From Paraspadella gotoi (taxonomy: Eukaryota > Animalia > Chaetognatha): a stretch of 46,550 bases of DNA. This document shows positions 38,941 to 46,550 of this stretch, in pieces; the first letter of the stretch is position 1, and every line of letters starts with the position of its first letter. The stretch is taken from positions 5,189,655-5,236,204 of the forward strand of contig CM119264.1 in assembly GCA_051294375.1 (NCBI GenBank), read 5' to 3'. The translations under genes were made by a program, and so were the position numbers. The notes under the pieces are model-generated. The model was not told where the DNA came from. It saw only the letters and a list, made by a program, of their open reading frames with translations, and did no database searches.

Positions 38941-39136
38941 AACCGACAAAAAGAGAGAGATGAAAACATGTCTTACCAACAATAACTCACATATTCGTTG
39001 ATAAACAGATAAATTTGTTTTTTCCTCCTAAAAACTTCAAACGGCCCAACCGAAATTGGATAGTTTATACACAACTTCCAAAGTGTAAAAGTAATATTGT
39101 TATGAATTTTAAAATTTCATAACATTTCAAGCTGAC

Positions 39137-40665
39137 CGATGAACGTAGCTTACAGCGCCCGTCGATCCAAGGCCGACGAAAGGTAGAAAAGGGACCGTGC
39201 TGCAGAACACACATCTTGTTCGTTTTTTTTATCTCATTTTCCAATTTAAATTCACATCGATAGACATTTTATGACAGGGAATAACCTGTATAATTTCGTA
39301 CTATGCGGCCATTCCCATTTTTTCTCATGAAATGAATACGATAAGAGACAACGGTATCCTTGGGGTTCCTGGCAATAAAAACCGTACGTATATAAATCGG
39401 CAATGTTGGAAAGTGATTGTATTTTTAAAACCCTACCTTATGACGTGAGAAGTATCTTAATTTTTGTCAGTTTTTCTAATACCTCTCGAGGGAGGTGTTG
39501 AATCAAATCGAAGGTGTGGTGGTCAAATATTCTTGGATTGCTGTTGTGAATCGATCTTTTTCCTGAGGCTGAGCGTTCCCGTTCCACAAGCTCGGTGCAA
39601 CACTAGAACTGATCTTAATTTTTAACATTACCACAGATAATACCCGCAATTTGAGATAATACGAGCAATGGAACAGAAAACAATTCATGTTATAGCAATC
39701 GGTTTGCCTAGCTTAGAAAGAGGCAGAAGTTCCAAACTTTACGCTTCAGCCCGTTCCTACGGCTGCTTCAGCAATGAAATTATCGTAAACTTACTTTGTG
39801 ATCTGACGAGACGGCTTCAATAGCATCCGAGCGTAACGGCCGTCCGCCGCCAAATGGTTTTCCAGTCTTTTGGGTAAGAAATGATAAGCCAAGTCTCCGT
39901 CTAGAATTTCGCCTTCGTTAAAAAAATTGTTCAAAGTTAAAAAAAAATACAATAGAAAATATTTTTTTCTGGTTGTTAAATACTTTAGTAGCAACTGTAA
40001 AACACCAATTAAACATTAAACTTGATCTTTGAATTCATCAAAATTTTCTCGACTGGAACGAAGTGAGGTCAAGGAAAGCCGTGTTATGAGGTTGACGTGG
40101 TAAGTCCACACGGATCTTCCACTTCTTTTATTTCTTCGGCCATTTTATGAATTTTTTTTATTAATTCCAAATTTTTCCTTTGTCAAACGTTTCCTTTGTA
40201 AGACATTTAATAAATAAAAGTTTAAGTTTGAAAGTGTAAAAGATGTTAACCCTGATGATGAGGACGTTCGTCAATTTTTCTGGTCAACTTTTCCGATCGC
40301 GTCCCAATTATTTTGTCGGCGGGAATTTTGAACCGAAATACTGCGTCGTACCGCGTGAGCAAAAGAAAATATCAAACAATTTTTCTCCAGAAAAGTCCTG
40401 TTGGGCATCTTTCGAAAAAAGTCCAAAGGATTAAGCTGATTCCGGCGATAAAAGTTCAACAACAAGGGGGCAAGGTTTAATCAGGAAATTTAATCGTTTC
40501 AAGTGTGATAGAGAACAGAGAGGAAAGAGCGAGAGAGAAAGAAGAGAGAGTTAAGCCTTAAAAATATTTAACCGAAACAAAAGCTTTTACGAAGTTATAA
40601 AAAAATGATTAAACCTTGACCAGTTTTATTCCAAATTGAATTGGCGGCGAGGGGGGCGGACGATC
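39137..40665 (-). pseudogene. Second, indel-ridden copy (B) of the 5' and middle SULT exons; probably an uncorrected read or alternate haplotype rather than a true pseudogene
   Basis: Colinear with 24286-25262 but with many 1-nt insertions; lacks the last two exons; contains the ~670 bp missing from gap 24705-24904. Confidence 0.75.
39795..39912 (-). CDS. SULT exon carrying the 5'-PSB loop (visible only in copy B)
   Basis: GAAG acceptor and AA|GTAAG donor. After removing single-base insertions it reads GEILDGD.WLIISYPKTGNHLAAD...RMLLKPSRQIT, matching the (T/S)YPK(S/T)G PSB motif. Confidence 0.8.
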
Positions 40666-41272
40666 CTAAAGCCAATAAAAGTAGGCGAAAGGTAAGGTGA
40701 CATAAGTTTGGGTTTGGATACATAAATATAAATTGGGAAGAGGCCACCACTCATAAAAACTCGATATTCGCTTTAGGACTTTAGTTTCCCAAATTGAGTG
40801 GCACTTAGAGTTTTTTTCTCTCATTATCATTTTTTTTTCCGTGTTCCTAAAATGTTGAATTACTGAAAAAGTTATACCGGCCTTTCAACTTTGTCCATTC
40901 TCCTTCGATTTTAGAAGTAAAAATAAAACAATTTTTTTTTCTTCAACAAAACAAAAGAGAATTCGAGTTAAAAGATAAAAGCCACCTTCGAGAGAAACAG
41001 TCCGAAAATATTCCCCAGAGATAAACCTACAGCGAGAACGACGACAAAAGATAAGGACGGACGACGACGACGACGACGACGAGACGACTGAACCGCATAA
41101 CGACGACGACGACGATCCGAAGATAACGACAATGTCGACAATTTCTTCCATGATCTTCGAAAACGTCTCTTTTCACTATCCATTTATTCTTTTGTTCTTC
41201 CCCGTCTTCTCTTTCCGCAAGCTAGCTGCAGCCGCCGCCGCCGCCGCCGCCGGGCCGCCGCCGCCGCCGCCT

Positions 41273-41310
<38 letters not shown>

Positions 41311-43015
41311 TAAACTTTTCCCAAGTTCTTCATTACTGGTTAAGACTTTTCAGTTAATTGTCCTTCACTTATCTGGCCCAGGCGGGCGCCGAGAGGTCGC
41401 CTGGCGCGAAATAGGACCCGGTCGGCAAAACCTGATTGAACTGGGGCCTGAAGCATGAAGGCTGCATTTGAAACAACGAGGCCCGGGCGGTGGAACACGG
41501 TGCCGTCGGCGCGGCGCGGTCCCGAATCCGGCCCATCGCTCCCGTTGCAATTGGCATCCGAAGATTTTCGGGACAGGGATAGGGGGGGGGGGGAGAGCCA
41601 AGAATTGAGAGTGAGGGGTCTGTCGTCACTGTGTGCAAATGAGAAATCGAAAGAAAGAAAGGTGAGGCCGGTTTCGAGGGGAAGGGTTACTGGTGAGAGA
41701 CGAGTGGTGCACTGAGGACTGGTCCGGCGTCGCCCGGAGAGTCGTTGAACGACTTAATAGGGGGAGTGGCGGCCCGTCTTTGAAAGGCAAAAAACCTTGG
41801 GCAAGGTTTTTAAAACGGCGTGGAAAAGATCCAGACTAGAATCCTGTGACGAGAGTCTTCATTAAATATCACCCAAAAAGAGAGAAAGTAAACAAGTCCA
41901 AACGTTAGTTCAACATTTTTATTTAGTTGTTTAAAAATAAATTTAAAATCAGAACGTTACTAGCCAATTTTTAAACCAGCACTTTCAGTTTGAATTAATT
42001 TGTTTAATGCTTATTATTTAACTGATGTTTCCTATTTTAGCAAAATAACCGCATATGCGGAGATCGTAACTAAGCTCTACTCACAAAAGTCGGAACTTTA
42101 ATCCCATCTCCGAGCGAACTCAAACGCTGACTCGAACATAAGAGAGGTCTCAAGTCCTTAATTGACTCGGGACTCATTATTCAATTCCGAGATTTGAACC
42201 GAGTTCTCTGTTTTCGATGCTCGAAATTAACTCTCGGTCCATTCTTCACCCTGCTGAATACTGTAAGAGCTCGGTTAGCGACGGGATCTCGTTTTTTCGT
42301 GCCATTCAACCACGACGCTTTAATTCGCGACCGATGGGCGCTGCTTGGTTTTTTAAACTGAGCCTGGTTGTTGTCGTTGTCGTTGTTGTCCTTTTGTTTA
42401 CCGAGCGGTCACGTCAGAGCGGGGGTGAGCGGGAACGAACCAATCAGCGACATCATAAGCAATGATGGACGGCAGCCATTGGCAACGTTAGTCAGTTTAC
42501 AAATGTCAATGCGGATATCAAATGAATTATATTAAAGGATTTATTCTGACATTTATTTGTGCATTAGAGCGAAAGAAGATTGCAGCTAAGGAACAATTGA
42601 GGGAACCAAAGTAATAATTCATCTATTAATATTAATAAATTTAATTAGATTTAATTAATTTAATTAAAATTAAATTAATTTGTAAGTTTTAAATTTGAAT
42701 CTCAATTTCATTCTTAACTCTTTCCCTTGATGAATGAAAAGTAAAGAACTGCGTCTATTTACAATCACGACATCGTTATAGCTAACTTTGTCCGTCTATC
42801 ACTCTATCTATCCATTATCAGCGTCCTCACGCCTGCTAGAAGATCGAATTGTCACCCGGAGATCAGCGAGGCGAGAGAAAGGTGAGAGTCTCTTAACTGG
42901 CTGCTCCTAATTGGCAGGAAGGATTCTGCATGATCTTGGCGATTCTGCGATTCTTTCCTGATTGGCTTTTCCCGGGGAGAAAGAGAGAGAGAGAGTGTGT
43001 GAGACTGTGCTTGGC

Positions 43016-43067
<52 letters not shown>

Positions 43068-46000
43068 CGAGATGAAGAGAGAGAGGGAGAAGAGAAGACG
43101 AGAGAGAGAGAATATCATCATCACCTGCCGCGAGACGAGAAAAAATCGATCCCTTTTGAATCCGATGTTTTTTTGCTCTCATATTTTTTCTTTTCTCTTT
43201 TTTGATTCTTGTTTTCGTTCGCCATGTTTTCTTATATTTTATTTCTATTTTTTCTTTTTTTTTTTCTTTCCACAATTCATTGTTTTTCTTTCATTTCGAG
43301 TTCCACACCTTTTTATTCTCCATTTTCAATTATTCCCCGTTTTCTCAATCTTTGGCTCACGTGTTGTTCCCGTATCGGATCCGTTGTTCTTCCGTTTGGA
43401 ACCACGATTGTAATTTGCGCTTCTTTTTATCTTTGTTTCAACATCACCCTGATTCGCGATTCTCATAGGATGTCGATCCAAGGATCGTGGTCTTTTCTTT
43501 CTTTTCTGTCTTTCTTTCTTGCTGTCTTTCTTTCTGTCTTTTAGTTTCTCCCTTCTTGTACTTTTCAGTTCTTATCTTATATTTATCAAAACTTACTTTT
43601 TCGTTCCTTACCGTTAATTTCTTTTACTGTCTCTGTCCGTTCCTCTCTCTCGTCTCCTCTCCTCTCCTCTCTTCTCCTCTATCTCTCTCTCTTCTGCTCC
43701 TCTCTCTCTCACCAACATAGGCGTCTCTTTCTTCCACCTAGTTTCTACATCATTAACACTCGAAGACCATACACTCTCAACATCTTAATCAATCTCCCAA
43801 AGCCACACAACAAACGAAACTAGCCACCTTCCTTTCTCTTAAATACAACGGCTTTAGAAAGTTACCTATCACCGACAACCGAACGAATTAAGAAGGTGCA
43901 GCGAAGGCACAGACAGGACGAAATCACTAACTAAGCAGACAATAACAATATCCCATTAGCGTATTCATTATACAACAGCGCAAACGATATTCCGAAGATA
44001 CACAACAGGTCTGCCCACGAATGTCAACTATTTCATGGCAATATACGGTTGAGTCAGCAAAGTACGACCAAGCAGACATTGTGCACCAGACGCCAAACCC
44101 AGAAAAGGCGAAAGACAGGGCAACCACATAAACACACCATCCCAACACTCCACGATCACTCGGAAAAATGCGGAAGCGTGACTTTACGCGGAAACACCCT
44201 CACAGGAGTCACCAAGAATCAGCAAGAATTTCGTCGACAGCTTATGAGGTATGGCACGTTCCTGAATGAGCGCCGTCGCGTCGTCGTCGTCGTCTGTCGT
44301 CGTTCATCGGCGTCGTCGTTTCACCCTGCTACTTTTATGACCAGCAATATCGGCCAGGTGCAATAAAACGACTCTACGTCAGCCTATGGGAAAAACGATC
44401 TCTCTCTCTCTCTCTCTCGCTCTACGATCATCTCTCTCTCTCTCTCCTTTCTCTCCTCTCTCTCTCTCTCTCTCTCTCATCATCGTCTCGCTCGTCACTC
44501 CTCTCTCTCTCTTCTGCTCTCTCTCTCTCCTCTCTCTCCTCTCAGTCGTAGGCATTAGCAGATGTGTACTTTCCGCAGTCTCGCTATTGGAGAAATTACG
44601 CTATCTCGAGAACTGTCCCAAAAATAGCTACGCGTGAAAACAGGAACCTATACAGGCAAAATCAATGAATCCATAGCCTTATAAGAAAAAGATCAAAAAT
44701 CGAATTAAAACCTTTTTACATTGATTATCTACTCCGTTAAAACTTTAAAATCACTGTCGACAGTTCTTCGTACTTTATACGCGACAACAGAATCTATTTC
44801 CTCAAAGTACTCATAAATTCGCTTTAGTAAGACAGACGACGAAACGACGACGACGACGACGACGCACGAACGGAATAGACAACCGCCGCGCCGCTCTATT
44901 AAACTTGCTGCGGCCTGGAGTCGACGGCGGCGGCAGCGGCCGTCGGCGTTGCGGCCGCAGCGCGCGGAAATGCGGCGTCGGTGGCAGAGACGGTGGAATC
45001 CTATAATGACAATCAAATCGTGAAAAATGGAGTGACCGCAAAACGGGTAACATGAGAACGCATAGACGAGGGAATAAGGAAGACGAGGAGAAAAGAGAAA
45101 GAGAGAGAAGTGAAGAAGAGAGAAGAGAGCGACGAGAAGAGACGAGAGAGAGAAGAGAGAGAGAGAGAAGAGCAGGACGAGAGAGAGAGATGAACACCGG
45201 CAGGAGAGAGAGAGACGAGCGTTGAATGCAGAGAAGAGAATAGCAGATAAAGATGGAAAAAGAAAAAAAAAGAAAAAGAGGTAGGAAAGGAAGTAAAAGA
45301 AGAAGGAGAGAAAAGGAGATGAGGAAAATAAAGAAGAAGGAGAGAAAGGTATGAAGAGGAAAGGAAAGTAGAATGAGAAAAGAGAGGAGGAAAGGAATAA
45401 GTAAGAGAAGTAAAAGAAAATGTCTGAGATTGAAAAGAAAAAAATAAGTAAAGAAGGCTGAAAACGCGAATTTTTAAAAAGGATCGTGATAAGATCCTGG
45501 ATTTGATTTTCGATTAATAAGTCTTAGGATGTGATTCTCGTGTTTTTGTCGTGACTCTATACTTCAAATGTACAAGGGGCGACATAGTTATGTTCATGAA
45601 TGAATTGAGATAGTTTTATATTGTTCTACCACCGTCCGTTGCACACAATCGTCATCGAAACTTCGGGTCGGCTGTTAGTCCGTCACTACAGGTGGGTTAG
45701 ACGGCCCGTCCGCTGTTTTACTTTGTTACGTGAATCAGCAGGGCGCGAACTCCGAGTCCTTTGAGGTGGGGCAGGAGCTCGTGCTACCGTGTAGTTCTGG
45801 CGTCATAGGTGCTGCTGTATTTTCTCGGATAGATAGCAGCGGGATATAAATATTACCCGCTAACAGGCTCCTGTGTATTTTGATGTGTGGAGATCCGCGG
45901 GAACGGCATGGTAATCTAGGTAGCTGAGTCTTGAATCAGCATAGCCTGCAGAAGATTCCCGTAATGTATTTATTATTGTCAAAACAACCCGTCGTAGCAT

Positions 46001-46512
46001 GTATAGCCTGTATATACTCTGCTCCAAGGTCACACAGACTGTGGACAAGGCCACCTTACTTTATTGAATTATCAATGGACTACAATGAATTTTATGTATC
46101 GAAGTGCTTCCCGCTATGATAAATCGAAGACGTCATTCTTCAACCTTTTTTTTTACATCTTCACTTTCGCCACATTTTTTTTTTTCCGCTTTGTCAAACC
46201 CCAAGCACAATCGGAAACGCATCGAAATCTGTTTAAAGAAGCCGGGAGAAAATTAAAACCTTGAAAATGGAATCTCTATGATGGAAACCTGGAAACTGAA
46301 CCTTCATAATGGAAACGTATTCTATTGAACTCGAAATTGAACTCTGATGGAGTTCATTACCGTCCGAGATTGAAGTCAGGAGAAAAAAAATTACCCAAAT
46401 GGACTTTATTTTCATACGCCTTCAATTTCTCTTTTCNNNNNNNNNNNNNNNNNNNNNNNNNTTTCTTTTTTCGTCATACAGAGAAAAATCTTTAAAATAT
46501 TAAGTTATTAAC

Positions 46513-46549
<37 letters not shown>

Positions 46550-46550
46550 T

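Larger units (their letters stand above)
39073..44400. repeat. Direct noisy duplicate of 24225-29200
   Basis: Colinear anchors: SULT exons, (CCG)n tract 25790/41230, GC-rich block 25900-26350/41375-41880, 27370/42855, 27950/43375, 28935/44165. Confidence 0.9.

Overview
Eukaryotic (animal-like) draft-assembly sequence: AT-rich, short GT-AG introns, many microsatellites, many N gaps, and long stretches that look like uncorrected long reads. The one well-supported gene is a multi-exon cytosolic-type PAPS-dependent sulfotransferase (SULT family) on the minus strand at about 23441-25262. Its 5'-PSB exon falls in an N gap but can be read from a noisy second copy at 39795-39912. Much of the window is redundant: 6331-14490 is an indel-rich inverted copy of about 19500-24230; 39073-44400 repeats 24225-29200; 35989-38940 repeats 42505-46210; and 4930-6262 and 14523-15483 repeat parts of 15510-19065. 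Five gaps of exactly 25 N suggest long-read gap-filling or haplotype artefacts. Also present are a tRNA-derived SINE-like family linked to a ~330-bp tandem repeat, a GC-rich ~135-bp module repeated between CT/GA tracts, and exon-like blocks of an unidentified gene at 30.8-32.6 kb. The most interesting candidate is a frameshifted minus-strand segment (~35150-35960) resembling the C-terminal half of a herpesvirus gB-like class III fusion (env) protein, identified by eye only. Most long ORFs in the supplied track are microsatellite or N-gap artefacts.
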